DNA of 64,000 bases from assembly GCA_020850535.1 (NCBI GenBank), contig JADZEM010000116.1, positions 45,419 to 109,418 of the forward strand. Reading direction: 5' to 3'. The first letter of the stretch is position 1, and each line of letters starts with the position of its first letter. The position numbers and the translations under genes are program-made. Under the pieces are notes generated by a model that searched no databases, had not been told where the DNA came from, and was given only the letters and a program-made list of their open reading frames with translations. This DNA comes from Chloroflexota bacterium. GTDB taxonomy: Bacteria; Chloroflexota; UBA6077; JACCZL01. Below, piece after piece: positions 9,650-18,793 of this stretch.

Positions 9650-10882
9650 CTACGAGATCGGCGGGTCGTACTTGAGGCCCATGCCGGTCTGGAACAGCAC
9701 GACCAGCTCGTCGGGCTTGACGAAGCCCGAGGCGACCAGCTTTCTGAGCGCGGCGTAGGTCGCCCCGCCTTCCGGCGCAGCGTAGATGCCGCCGAGCCGG
9801 CCGAGGTCGAGCTGCGCCTCCAGGATCTCGCCCTCGCTGACCGTGAGCGCCGTTCCACCGCTCTCGCGCACAGCGTCCAGGATCAGGTAGTCGCCGATGG
9901 CGACCGGAACGCGCATGCCCGCCGCCGCCGTGTGCGCGTTCTGCCAGAGCTCGGCGTGACGCTCGCCACGGTCGAAGGCCCGCACGATGGGCGCGCAGCC
10001 CTCGGCCTGCACGACGATCATCTTCGGGCGCTTCGGGCCGATCAGGCCCAGCTCCTCCATCTCGGCGAACGCCTTCCACATGCCGACGATGCCGGTGCCG
10101 CCGCCGGTCGGGTAGACGATCGCGTCCGGCAGGGTCCAGCCCAACTGCTCGGCCAGCTCGTACCCCATCGTCTTCTTGCCCTCCTGACGATAGGGCTCCT
10201 TGAGCGTTGACACGTCGAACCAGCCGCGCCGCGGGGCCAGCTCGCGGACCTTCGCGCCGGCGTCGTTGATCAGGCCGTCCACCAGTGTGACGTTCGCGCC
10301 GTACACCAGGCACTCGATGCGGTTGGCGTCTGGCACATCGCGCGGCATGAAGACGTTGACCTCAAGCCCGGCAGCCGCGCCGTACGCCGTGGCTGCCGAG
10401 GCCGCGTTGCCCGCCGACGGCAGCGCGATGGCCTTGACGCCCAGCTCCTTCGCCCGCGAGACCGCACAGCCAAGCCCGCGCGCCTTGAAGGAGCCGGTCG
10501 GGTTCTTCCCCTCGTCCTTGAGCAGCAGCCCGGCCAACCCGAGCGCATCGCCCGCCCGGCGCGCCGGGACCAGCGGCGTCATGCCCTCGCCCAGCGAGAC
10601 CATGTTGGCAGGGTCGCGGACGGGCAGCACTTCCTGGTACCGCCACATGTCCCAGCGCCGCCGCCCCAACGACTCGCGCGTCAACGTGTGCCGGGCACGG
10701 GCCAGATCGTAGCGAGCGTACAGCACCTTGCCGCACGACGCGCAGACCGTTTGCAGGCGATCGGCGTCGTAGCGCTGGTCACAGTACGTGCAGTCCAGGT
10801 GCGTCAGCGTGCTCGGGCCGGCGGGCGTCGGGGAGCCGGCCTGCCCGGAGACGGCGGCAAGGGCATCGCGGAGCGTCGTCAT
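9650..10882 (-). CDS. thrC: Threonine synthase (PLP-dependent).
   Basis: 410 aa from ATG 10882. N-terminal zinc-ribbon-like CTYCDQRYDADRLQTVCASCGKVLYARYDL. PLP lysine context GKNPTGSFKARGLGCAVSRAKELG. The upstream part of the ORF-track (464 aa) lacks homology, so ATG 10882 was chosen. Confidence 0.85.
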   Translation of the reverse strand: MTTLRDALAAVSGQAGSPTPAGPSTLTHLDCTYCDQRYDADRLQTVCASCGKVLYARYDLARARHTLTRESLGRRRWDMWRYQEVLPVRDPANMVSLGEGMTPLVPARRAGDALGLAGLLLKDEGKNPTGSFKARGLGCAVSRAKELGVKAIALPSAGNAASAATAYGAAAGLEVNVFMPRDVPDANRIECLVYGANVTLVDGLINDAGAKVRELAPRRGWFDVSTLKEPYRQEGKKTMGYELAEQLGWTLPDAIVYPTGGGTGIVGMWKAFAEMEELGLIGPKRPKMIVVQAEGCAPIVRAFDRGERHAELWQNAHTAAAGMRVPVAIGDYLILDAVRESGGTALTVSEGEILEAQLDLGRLGGIYAAPEGGATYAALRKLVASGFVKPDELVVLFQTGMGLKYDPPIS

Positions 10883-11064
10883 CGAAAAGCTCCAGGGCGG
10901 GGAGAGTGTGACGAATGATACGCGCCACACCCAGCACGCCTGCCGTGGGAAGGTGGTGGCGCGGTAGAATGCGAGCCGCTGACACGCAAGGGTCGCGAGC
11001 AACAGGCGCACGTGGGGCGGGATCGCCCCGCCGCACGCTCTCACCGAGGAAGGGACGGCGCACC

Positions 11065-11517
11065 ATGCTTCTCGGTCTGCACCACGCTGGCATCACCGTC
11101 TCGGACCTTGACCGAGCCATCGGGTTTTATCGTGACGTGCTCGGCCTGGAGCTGTTCGTCGTCGCCGACCGCGCGGACGAGACTATCGGGCAGATCGTCG
11201 GCTACCGGGGCGCCAGGATCAGGCTGGCGTTCTGTGGCATCCCCGGCGACACTGCCCGCGTCGAGCTGCTCCAGTACCTGCAGCCAACCGGCGCGTCCAA
11301 CGACGGCGAGACGTACCGACCGGCCAGCGGACACGTCTGTTTTCGGGTGGCCGACATCGAGCAGCACTATGCGCGGCTGGTGACCGCCGGGTATGCGCCC
11401 CGCTCCACCGGGCCGGTGACCATCCTCGAAGGGCCGAACACGGGCGCACGTGCCTTCTATGTGCGCGATCCTGACGGCAACACCGTCGAGTTCTTCCAGC
11501 CGCCGCCCGGACGCTGA
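11065..11517 (+). CDS. VOC family protein (glyoxalase / bleomycin resistance / dioxygenase fold).
   Basis: 150 aa. MLLGLHHAGITVSDLDRAIGFYRDVLGLEL...HVCFRVADIE...AFYVRDPDGNTVEFFQ is typical of VOC. The RBS gaggaagg is upstream of ATG 11065. Confidence 0.8.
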   Translation: MLLGLHHAGITVSDLDRAIGFYRDVLGLELFVVADRADETIGQIVGYRGARIRLAFCGIPGDTARVELLQYLQPTGASNDGETYRPASGHVCFRVADIEQHYARLVTAGYAPRSTGPVTILEGPNTGARAFYVRDPDGNTVEFFQPPPGR

Positions 11518-11523
11518 CCGCCG

Positions 11524-13872
11524 GTGATGGACGCGCAGGACGACAGCCCGACCCACCCGCCAGCCACCTCGGCCGAGACGCCAGCCACGCCGGTGGCAGG
11601 CGCGCCAGCGACGGCGAGCGCGCCAGCGTCGAACGCCGGATCCGCCACCGACTCACCAGCGGGGTCGGCCGGGCCTGACGCCGCTGCGCCCGGGCCGATC
11701 GCGCCCGGGCCGATCGCGCCCGGGCCGATCGCGCCCGGGCCGATCGCGCCCGAGCGCGTCCTGCTGGCGTTGCTGCTGGTCGCGGCTGCGCTCGTGCGCC
11801 TCGCCAGCCCCGGCATCTTTGAGCCGAACGTCTCCACGGCTGAGACCGTCCAGCTCGCGGCCGTCGAGGCCATCGCGGCGGATCGCGGGTTCAGCCTGTT
11901 CGGGCAGATGGGGCTGGGCGCATCGGGGCTCGCGCTGCTGCCCGTGACCGTGCTGCGCCTGCTGCGCCCCGAGCCAGAGCTTGCGTTGCGCCTCTACGCC
12001 GCCATCGGCAGCGTGGCGTTCGCCGGACTGTTCTACGCACTCTGCCGGACGCGCTTTGGCGCGGTGGTCAGCCTGACGGCGACGGCGCTGCTGGCGTTCA
12101 GCCCGTGGTCGATCTTCTTCGGACGGAACGGCGAGCTGCAGGCGTTCGCTGGCTGCTGGGCGACCGCCGCGATGCTCCTGCTGCACACCGCGATGCGGCG
12201 CGGCGGCCTGGGGCCGTGGCTCGCCGCCGGCGCGGCCAGCACAGCCGGTCTCTACTGGCATCCCTCGGCGATCTGGACCCTGCCGGTGCTGTGCGTGCCG
12301 GTCGTCTGGATGGCGGCTGTCAACCGCCGCTACCGGTCGCGCCTCTCGGTGGCGCTGTGCTTGCTGCTGGCCGGCGGCCTGCTGGTGGCCGCGCCCCGGG
12401 TTTCGGCGCTGATCTCGGCGCCGCTCTCAACACCCGCCATGCTCGTGGCAGCCGGCGCGCCACTTGACCCGCCCAACACCGTGCGGGCGCGTGCCCAGCA
12501 CCTGATCCGCGCCTTCATCTTCCTGGACCCGAGCGTCCCCGCCGATCAGCGCTACCAGCCGCCAGCTACCGCGCCGCTCGACAGCCTGACCGGCGTGCTG
12601 CTGCTGGCTGGCCTGGGGCTGGCCGCCTGGAAGATGCCATCGCGGGCGCTCCCGCTGGCCGCCCTGCTGATACCGCTGGTCGGCAGTCAGCTGGTCAGCC
12701 CCCGCGTCCCGACGCTTGGGGATGCGCTGGTAGCCCTGCCCGGCCTCTACCTGCTGGTGGCCGAGGCGCTCGAGCGGTTAGTGCTGGTGCTGCCGTTCCC
12801 ATCGATCACCCGGGCCATCCTCCTGGCGGCGATCCCAGCCTACGCCGTGTTCGGCTGGCAGGGGTACGGCGGCTGGATCGGGACGCCGGCCAGCGCACAG
12901 GCCCGCCAGCCCGCCATCGACTATGACGAGATCGACGCCTGGATCGGCGAACTGCAAGCCGGACAGCCAGCGCTGACGGCCAGAGTCTGGCGGGACGAGC
13001 ATCCGCGCCTCTCGACAGGCTCGCGCGTGATCCGCCGGCCGCGTGAGACGGCTGGATCTGCGACGAACACGACGGCGCTGGCGCGACTGGGCCTGCAGCC
13101 GGCCGGGGACGCGCAGGGGGAAGGCGGCGCTCGTGCCGCGCGCACGCTGGCCGCCTCACGGAACGGCGCGGTCTACGCGTCTGACATGACGGGGCACGTG
13201 GCGCGCCTCGACGAGGAACGGCAGCGGCTCACGGCCCTGCAGCAGCGCGCTCCGGCCCTGGAGCAGGTCTCGGACATCGCGGCCGACGCCGACGGGTTCG
13301 TGTACCTCGCCGACTCCGAGCGCTCGCTGATCGTCAAGCTGGCGCCGACCGGCGAGGTCGTGGCGACGCTCGGCGGCGAGTGGGGCATGTACCGCCCTCG
13401 TGGTCTCGCCATCGGGCCAGATGGACGCATCTACGTGGCCGACACCGGCCGCAACCGGCTGGTGATCGGCGAGACCGGCGGCCGGCTCGTCAAGGCCGTC
13501 ACGCCGACGTCGTCGTTCGGGCCGTTCGAGCAGCCGACCGAGGTGGCGGTGGACGCCTCCGGGCGCATCTACGTCGGGCTGCCGGAGATCGGCCGGCTCG
13601 CGATCCTGGACGAGAGCGGCCAGGTGCTGGGCGGCTGGTCGATGGCGAAGGGCAACACCATCGACTCGGCCCGCCTCGCCGTCGTGGCGGACGGCGCGAT
13701 CGCCGTCACCGACCCGCAGGAGTCGAAAGTTCGGCTGCTGGACGCTGACGGTCGCGAGCTGGCGGTGGCCGACGTGCCCGGCAAGCCGTACGGCGTGGCG
13801 TCGGTGGCGGGGCGGCTGTTCGTGGCCGACGCCGCCAGCGGACGGCTGTTCATCTTCGCGCTGGGCCAGTAG
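11524..13872 (+). CDS. Fusion protein: N-terminal GT39/PMT-like polytopic membrane domain plus C-terminal NHL-repeat beta-propeller; paralog 2 of 4.
   Basis: 782 aa. Low-complexity N-terminus with PGPIA x4. The TM-rich region is similar in architecture to the other GT39-like genes. The C-terminus has repeated NHL-like blades: RPRGLAIGPDGRIYVADTGRNRLVI, PTEVAVDASGRIYVG, GVASVAGRLFVADAASGRLFIF. Confidence 0.65.
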   Translation: MMDAQDDSPTHPPATSAETPATPVAGAPATASAPASNAGSATDSPAGSAGPDAAAPGPIAPGPIAPGPIAPGPIAPERVLLALLLVAAALVRLASPGIFEPNVSTAETVQLAAVEAIAADRGFSLFGQMGLGASGLALLPVTVLRLLRPEPELALRLYAAIGSVAFAGLFYALCRTRFGAVVSLTATALLAFSPWSIFFGRNGELQAFAGCWATAAMLLLHTAMRRGGLGPWLAAGAASTAGLYWHPSAIWTLPVLCVPVVWMAAVNRRYRSRLSVALCLLLAGGLLVAAPRVSALISAPLSTPAMLVAAGAPLDPPNTVRARAQHLIRAFIFLDPSVPADQRYQPPATAPLDSLTGVLLLAGLGLAAWKMPSRALPLAALLIPLVGSQLVSPRVPTLGDALVALPGLYLLVAEALERLVLVLPFPSITRAILLAAIPAYAVFGWQGYGGWIGTPASAQARQPAIDYDEIDAWIGELQAGQPALTARVWRDEHPRLSTGSRVIRRPRETAGSATNTTALARLGLQPAGDAQGEGGARAARTLAASRNGAVYASDMTGHVARLDEERQRLTALQQRAPALEQVSDIAADADGFVYLADSERSLIVKLAPTGEVVATLGGEWGMYRPRGLAIGPDGRIYVADTGRNRLVIGETGGRLVKAVTPTSSFGPFEQPTEVAVDASGRIYVGLPEIGRLAILDESGQVLGGWSMAKGNTIDSARLAVVADGAIAVTDPQESKVRLLDADGRELAVADVPGKPYGVASVAGRLFVADAASGRLFIFALGQ
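11693..11755. repeat. In-frame 15-bp tandem repeat (gcccgggccgatcgc) x4 encoding (PGPIA)4 inside the 11524-13872 gene.
   Basis: Four exact direct copies are visible in the sequence at 11693-11755. Confidence 0.9.
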
Positions 13873-13938
13873 GGCCGAGCGTCAGCTTTCGGCGGGCCGA
13901 GCGTCAGCTTTCGGCGGGCCGAGCGTCAGTCCTCGGCG
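13872..13938. repeat. Intergenic 22-bp tandem repeat x3 (gggccgagcgtcagctttcggc; third copy is a variant), each unit hairpin-forming.
   Basis: Seen directly. Copies are at 13872-13893, 13894-13915 and 13916-13938. They lie between convergent genes, and the last copy overlaps the stop of the DUF3090 gene. It probably acts as a tandem terminator. Confidence 0.8.
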
Positions 13939-14466
13939 GCGCGGGCGGCGTGCCCGTTCGAGCGCGGACAGACGTGCTTTCCGGACCCGAGCGGCGCTTC
14001 GCAGGCCGGGCAGCGCGGCCGGCCGGCGGCCAGCAGCGGGACAATCGTCTCGGCCAGCGCCCGCAGCTGCGGACGGGTCGCCTGGCAGCTGAAGCGAGCC
14101 GGACCATCGCCATCGGACTCGACGTCGTGCGCGAGTATCAGGTAGAGCCGCTCGGCCTCGTCGTAGCCGAGCGCAAGCTGCCCGACCTTGAACTCGACGT
14201 CTGGCGAGGCTGCCGCCGCGCCCTCCTGCTGCGGGTTCGACGCCTGACCGCGCGGTGCGGAGGCGCGCAAGTCGAGGGCCGGCAGCCCGGTCAACAGTTG
14301 CTCGATCAGCATCGCGAGGGCCTGTAACTGCTCGCGCTCGACCCACAGCCAGGCCGTCGCGTCGTCACGAATCGCGAGCAGCCGGAACGCGCGCCGCCCC
14401 GGAGGGCCGACCGCGTCTGCCTCAATGCGCACCACGGGACCGAACTCTGTCTGTCCTGACGCCACC
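13926..14466 (-). CDS. DUF3090 family protein.
   Basis: 180 aa from GTG 14466, preceded by the RBS ccaggagg. ...FGPVVRIEADAVGPPGRRAFRLLA...RCPACEAPLGSGKHVCPRSNGH carries the conserved C-terminal Cys/His cluster of DUF3090. The upstream 34 codons of the ORF-track lack an RBS and homology. Confidence 0.7.
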
Positions 14467-14805
14467 TGTTGTCGTGCCTCCTGGTATCGAGCGCGGAAGA
14501 TCAGGATAGCACGCTGCCCGAGGCCAGAGCAGCAACGGCGGGGCGGCAAACGTCCACCTTTGGCCGGCAACGGCCGTTGTCACGGATGAAGCGGCGTCGG
14601 ATCTTGCCTCTCGCGTGCGCGCTTCGCACGGCGACGGGAAACCGAGACGCTCGCATTTGCTACAACAGGGAGCGACTTGTCGCGGCGCAGGGTTGGACAA
14701 CCGCTGGCTGGTGTGGTAACGTAGCCAGCGGCTCGCCTTCCGACTCCCGTGCTGCCCAATTCGAGCCGAAGGAGCGGACCAATAGCACGCTTGACGTTTC
14801 TGTGG

Positions 14806-15669
14806 ATGGCCGCCGTCGTCGCACTGGTCGGCATCCCTCTCACAGCAGTCGCCCAGCAGCTGACTCCACCGGAGCAGCGCATCGTCCAGTTGATCAACCA
14901 GGCGCGTGTGGCGCAGGGCCTCGGCCCGTTGGCGTTGACGCCCGAGTTGAACGCCGCTGCCAAGGGGCACGCACAGGACATGGCGGCGAAGAGCTACATG
15001 GAGCACGAGGGTCTGGACGGCTCGACGCCGCAGTCTCGGGCGCTCAAGGCGGGCTACGGCGCACCGGCCGGCACGGCGTGGCTGGTGCTGGAAGTGATCT
15101 CGGCCCGCCAGACCGCCGAAGCTGCCGCCAACTGGCTCCTCTCTGACCGGCTGCATCGCGGCGTGCTGCTGCGTGGCTACTGGCGCGAGATGGGCGCGGC
15201 CTATGTCGAGGGTGGCCCGTACGGTCAGTTCTGGGTCGTTGAGTTCGGATGCAGGCCGAACGTCCTCCCGATCATCTCCGAGCCGAACACGAGCGGTGGC
15301 GTGACGGTGCGGCTCTCGAATGAAGAGTGCACGCCGGCTGGCTCGACCGAGGCCATCGGCAAGGCGACCGAGGTCATGGTGTCGAACAAGCCGGACTTCG
15401 CTGGCGCGACCTGGGAGCCGTTCGCGACCTCCAAGACGGTGGCCTCCGGCGGCAACGTGTTCGTGCGATACCGCGATGCGAAGGGCCGCGAGACGACAGC
15501 CTCCTCGGGCGGTCAGGGCGGAAGCGCGGTCACCGTGACGGCCGCCTCGGCAGCGACGTCGACGCTCAACCAGGCAGCACCGCCAGCCGGTGGATCAAAC
15601 GAGGCAGAGGACCCGGGCCTGTTCGCCCCGAAGCCGACGTTCGTGTTCCAGCCTGCCACCAGGCCGTAG
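14806..15669 (+). CDS. Secreted CAP (SCP/PR-1-like) domain protein with signal peptide and C-terminal low-complexity tail.
   Basis: MAAVVALVGIPLTAVAQQ signal. CAP-like core ...LNAAAKGHAQDMAAKSYMEHEG...GENI-like...YWREMGAAYVEGGPYGQFWVVEFG. The ORF-track begins at 14749, so the start is uncertain. Confidence 0.65.
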   Translation: MAAVVALVGIPLTAVAQQLTPPEQRIVQLINQARVAQGLGPLALTPELNAAAKGHAQDMAAKSYMEHEGLDGSTPQSRALKAGYGAPAGTAWLVLEVISARQTAEAAANWLLSDRLHRGVLLRGYWREMGAAYVEGGPYGQFWVVEFGCRPNVLPIISEPNTSGGVTVRLSNEECTPAGSTEAIGKATEVMVSNKPDFAGATWEPFATSKTVASGGNVFVRYRDAKGRETTASSGGQGGSAVTVTAASAATSTLNQAAPPAGGSNEAEDPGLFAPKPTFVFQPATRP

Positions 15670-16359
15670 GCGGGCGGGCGCTCGGCCCGCGGGCACACGG
15701 TCGGGCCGACCAGGCAGCCGGCGCCAGGACAGACAAGAGGGCCGCTCCAGTGTTGGAGCGGCCCTCTACGCGTTCTCAGGCGCTACGTGGTCGAGGTGAC
15801 CTTCCGCCCCGCACAGATCGCTGCACGAGGCTTACGTGTCCACCTGCCACCTGCAATGAAGCACAATCGGCTTGATGAGTCGCATACGCTCCTCCTTCAT
15901 TCCGTGTGTTTCGGGGTGGAGGTGCATCCCTGCTGAGAAGCACGCTCCGTCTTTTCACTATACGCATCGACCGGTGGGCCGTCAAGCTATTCTCGTGAGG
16001 AATCGAGTGGCTGTGACATGACCGCAAGGAAGAACGCCGTCAGGCTACCCACGCACCCGTCCTTGCAGATGCGCAATGGAGGCCGTCACCCCGGGCATCA
16101 TTGCGACGTTATACAGGACGAAGCGATGGGATTCCGTGAGGCCTAGGCAACCGCGCGGTATACTTACGTTTACTGGATCGGGAGCGGACTTCCTGTCTGC
16201 CGTACGGCAGGGGCGAAACTGCTGGCAGACACCTGTTCCTGACCCAGACTCCTCAGACCCACGGGCGTTCGAGCAGATGGCTTGAGCGCCTGTGGTCGCT
16301 TCTGGTGCGGCGCGCCTTCGACACGTCGCCCATCCGGGTGACGCCCCGCCTGCAACAGA

Positions 16360-16387
16360 GAAGCCGCCTCAAGGCTGAGACGGCTTC
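16360..16387 (-). terminator. Hairpin just downstream of the tRNA-Leu 3' end: gaagccg-(loop)-cggcttc.
   Basis: Inverted repeat at 16360-16366 / 16381-16387, seen in the sequence. Its position 6 nt past the tRNA 3' end is consistent with a terminator. Confidence 0.45.
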
Positions 16388-16393
16388 GGAGTC

Positions 16394-16478
16394 GGTGGGG
16401 AAGAGGGGACTTGAACCCCTACGCCTTGCGGGCACATGATCCTAAGTCATGCTCGTCTGCCAATTCCGACACTTCCCC
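16394..16478 (-). tRNA. tRNA-Leu (anticodon TAG), class II with long variable arm; CCA not fully encoded.
   Basis: Reverse complement GGGGAAGTGTCGGAATTGGCAGACGAGCATGACTTAGGATCATGTGCCCGCAAGGCGTAGGGGTTCAAGTCCCCTCTTCCCCACC. Acceptor stem GGGGAAG/CTTCCCC. Anticodon loop CTTAGGA. T-loop GGTTCAAGTCC. Confidence 0.8.
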
Positions 16479-16538
16479 AGAGGCGCCCGTCACCGACAGC
16501 TTCGGCCTGGGGCCGGCTCGCCGTCGTGCAGGGGCGGC

Positions 16539-16628
16539 TGGCGGAGAGGGAGGGATTCGAACCCTCGACTCCCGGAGGAGTACGCGATTTCCAGTCGCGC
16601 GCACTAGGCCAGGCTATGCGACCTCTCC
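16539..16628 (-). tRNA. tRNA-Ser (anticodon GGA), class II; CCA encoded.
   Basis: Reverse complement GGAGAGGTCGCATAGCCTGGCCTAGTGCGCGCGACTGGAAATCGCGTACTCCTCCGGGAGTCGAGGGTTCGAATCCCTCCCTCTCCGCCA. Anticodon loop CTGGAAA. Long variable arm. T-loop GGTTCGAATCC. Confidence 0.8.
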
Positions 16629-16770
16629 AGGGCGCACCGGACAGCAGCCCGGGGCCGAGCGTCAGTATAGCATGTCCGGATATCCCTCCTGACGAGCGGC
16701 GTCCGCTCACCCGCGCACGCCCTGACCCTTCGCTACAATCGGCGCGGTACTCTTCGGAGGGGCGCACACG

Positions 16771-18378
16771 ATGTCACTTCCTCGGACCGGCCGGCAGCCG
16801 GTTCTCGCCACCCAGGGGGCCGTCGCCGCGCCCCACCACAACGCCTCCCAGGCCGGCCTCGCCATGCTGCAGCGCGGTGGCTCGGCAGCCGACGCTATCA
16901 TCGCCGCCAACCTCGTGCTGGCCGTGGTCTACCCACACATGGCAGGCGTCGGCGGCGACCTCTTCGCACTGGTCTGGGACGGAAAGACGCGCACCGTCGA
17001 AGGGCTGAACGCCAGCGGGCGCTCGGGCGCGGCAGCCAGCATCGACTGGTACCGCGAGCGCGGCCACTCATCGATCCCGATGCGCGGCCCGCTGGCCTGC
17101 GTCACCGTGCCCGGGGCCGTCGGCGGCTGGTGGGCGCTTCACCAGCGGCTCGGCAAGCTGCCCTGGGCCGACCTGTTCGGGCCGGCGATCCGGCTGGCGC
17201 GGGACGGCTTCGGCGTCCCTGAGAGCCTCGCCGCCTGGTCGATCCCCGACGCCGAGGTGCTCGACGCCGATCCGACCACCCGCGCGACATTCCGGCCGGA
17301 CGGCCAGCCGCTCAGGATGGGCCAGAAGCTGGCGATGCCAGCCCTCGCACGCACCCTCACGGCCATCGCCGCGGGCGGCCCCAACGCCTTCTACCGGGGC
17401 GAGCTGGCCGAGCGCATCGCGGGCTACGTCAGCCCTCTTGGCAGCCTGCTAACCGCCGACGACTTCGCGGCCAACCAGGCAAACTGGGTGCAGCCGATCC
17501 AATCCACCTATCGCGGCCACGCCGCCTACCAGATGCCGCCGAACACCCAGGGCTTCGCAGCGCTGGAGATCCTCGGCATCCTCGACCGCATCGACGTGGC
17601 CGCCCTTGGCGACAGCTCGGCCGCCTACGTCCACACGCTCGCCGAAGCCGCGCGCATCGCCTTCGTGGACCGTGACCGCTACCTGACCGATCCCGACTTC
17701 AACGCGATCCCGCTCGACCGGCTGCTGTCGAAGGAGCACGCGGCATCGCTGCGAGCCCAGCTCGATCCGAACCGCAAGGGCAGCAGTCAGACCGCCCCAA
17801 CTGGCGGCGATACCTGCTACCTCTGCGCCGTGGACGCCGACGGCAACGCCGTCTCGCTGATCCAGAGCGTCTTCTTCGACTTCGGATCGGGCGTCGTGGC
17901 GGGCGACACCGGCGTGCTGCTCCAGAATCGCGGTGCGTTCTTCTCGCTGGACCCGTCCCACCCGAACCGTCTGGAGCCGGGCAAGCGCACCTTCCACACA
18001 CTCATCCCGGCCATGCTGGTCAAGGACGACGCCCTCTCGCTGGTCTACGGCACGATGGGCGGCGAGGGCCAGCCGCAGACCCAGGCGGCCATGGTCACCC
18101 GCATCCTCGACTTTGGGTACGACGTGCAGCGGGCCATCGAGGCGCCGCGCTGGCTGTACGGACGGACCTGGGGCAACGCCTCGCTGGCGCTGAGCCTGGA
18201 GGCCCCGCTTGCCGAGACGGCCGGCCAGCAGCTTGCCGCCATGGGCCACGAGGTCCGCGCCACTCCAGCCTGGAGCGACACCATGGGCCACGCCCAGGCG
18301 ATCCAGATCGACCGCGCGCAGGGCGTGCTCTGGGCCGCCGCCGATCCGCGCAGCGACGGAGCCGCCGCCGGCTGGTAA
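16771..18378 (+). CDS. ggt: Gamma-glutamyltranspeptidase.
   Basis: 535 aa. VLATQGAVAAPHHNASQAGLAMLQRGGSAADA...TGGDTCYLCAVDADGNAVSLIQS...GTMGGEGQPQTQ. Ntn-hydrolase GGT family with a conserved Thr autoprocessing region. Confidence 0.85.
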   Translation: MSLPRTGRQPVLATQGAVAAPHHNASQAGLAMLQRGGSAADAIIAANLVLAVVYPHMAGVGGDLFALVWDGKTRTVEGLNASGRSGAAASIDWYRERGHSSIPMRGPLACVTVPGAVGGWWALHQRLGKLPWADLFGPAIRLARDGFGVPESLAAWSIPDAEVLDADPTTRATFRPDGQPLRMGQKLAMPALARTLTAIAAGGPNAFYRGELAERIAGYVSPLGSLLTADDFAANQANWVQPIQSTYRGHAAYQMPPNTQGFAALEILGILDRIDVAALGDSSAAYVHTLAEAARIAFVDRDRYLTDPDFNAIPLDRLLSKEHAASLRAQLDPNRKGSSQTAPTGGDTCYLCAVDADGNAVSLIQSVFFDFGSGVVAGDTGVLLQNRGAFFSLDPSHPNRLEPGKRTFHTLIPAMLVKDDALSLVYGTMGGEGQPQTQAAMVTRILDFGYDVQRAIEAPRWLYGRTWGNASLALSLEAPLAETAGQQLAAMGHEVRATPAWSDTMGHAQAIQIDRAQGVLWAAADPRSDGAAAGW

Positions 18379-18395
18379 GACTCGCCCCACGCGAA

Positions 18396-18434
18396 GCGCC
18401 CCGCCTCAGCGACCGGTTCGCTGAGGCGGGGCGC
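18396..18434. terminator. Bidirectional hairpin between convergent ggt and HTH regulator genes (gcgccccgcctcagcga ... tcgctgaggcggggcgc).
   Basis: Perfect 17-bp inverted repeat with a 5-nt loop, seen in the sequence. Confidence 0.5.
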
Positions 18435-18469
18435 TCGTCGTCTGTTCGATGTCCGGCGGCGCCCGCGGA

Positions 18470-18793
18470 TCAGGCCAGGGCGACGAGCGTCCCCTCGGCC
18501 CGGCGCACGCCGTTCAGCGTGCCGCGCCCCATGACCGGAGCCAGCAGCTCGCCCAGCGTCAGGGTCGGGAAGGCCGGGTGCCCGACAGACATCTCAGGAT
18601 GGACGGTGTACTGGTTGCGATACCCGCGCTTGCCGATGGTGATGTATCCGCTCTCGGCAAGGTCACGCAGAATGCGGTGGACCGCCCGTTCGGTGATGCC
18701 GAGCGAGAGCGCAAGCTCCCGAGTGGTAACCTCACTGTGGACCGCGAGGAGCATCAGCAGCGACAACTGGTTGGAAAGACACGTGGTGGTCAT
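18470..18793 (-). CDS. Small winged-helix HTH transcriptional regulator (MarR/ArsR-like).
   Basis: 107 aa from ATG 18793, with the RBS GGAGGGGAC immediately upstream. SLLMLLAVHSEVTTRELALSLGITERAVHRILRDLAESGYITIGKRG is an HTH pattern. It is divergent from the folP-folK fusion. Confidence 0.6.
   Translation of the reverse strand: MTTTCLSNQLSLLMLLAVHSEVTTRELALSLGITERAVHRILRDLAESGYITIGKRGYRNQYTVHPEMSVGHPAFPTLTLGELLAPVMGRGTLNGVRRAEGTLVALA

Noticed and set aside
16150-16200. RNase P RNA P4-like string on the minus strand (GGAAGUCCGCUCC versus GGAAAGUCCGGGCUCC).
   Set aside because: No other conserved RNase P regions (CR-II, CR-IV/V ACAGAAnCCGGCUUA) were found nearby. It is probably a chance match.
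15776-16285. Short ORFs in the low-GC noncoding patch (83 aa minus, 69 aa plus).
   Set aside because: Poor codon usage relative to neighbours, basic low-complexity composition, and no homology signal. They are retained only as part of the unexplained noncoding region.
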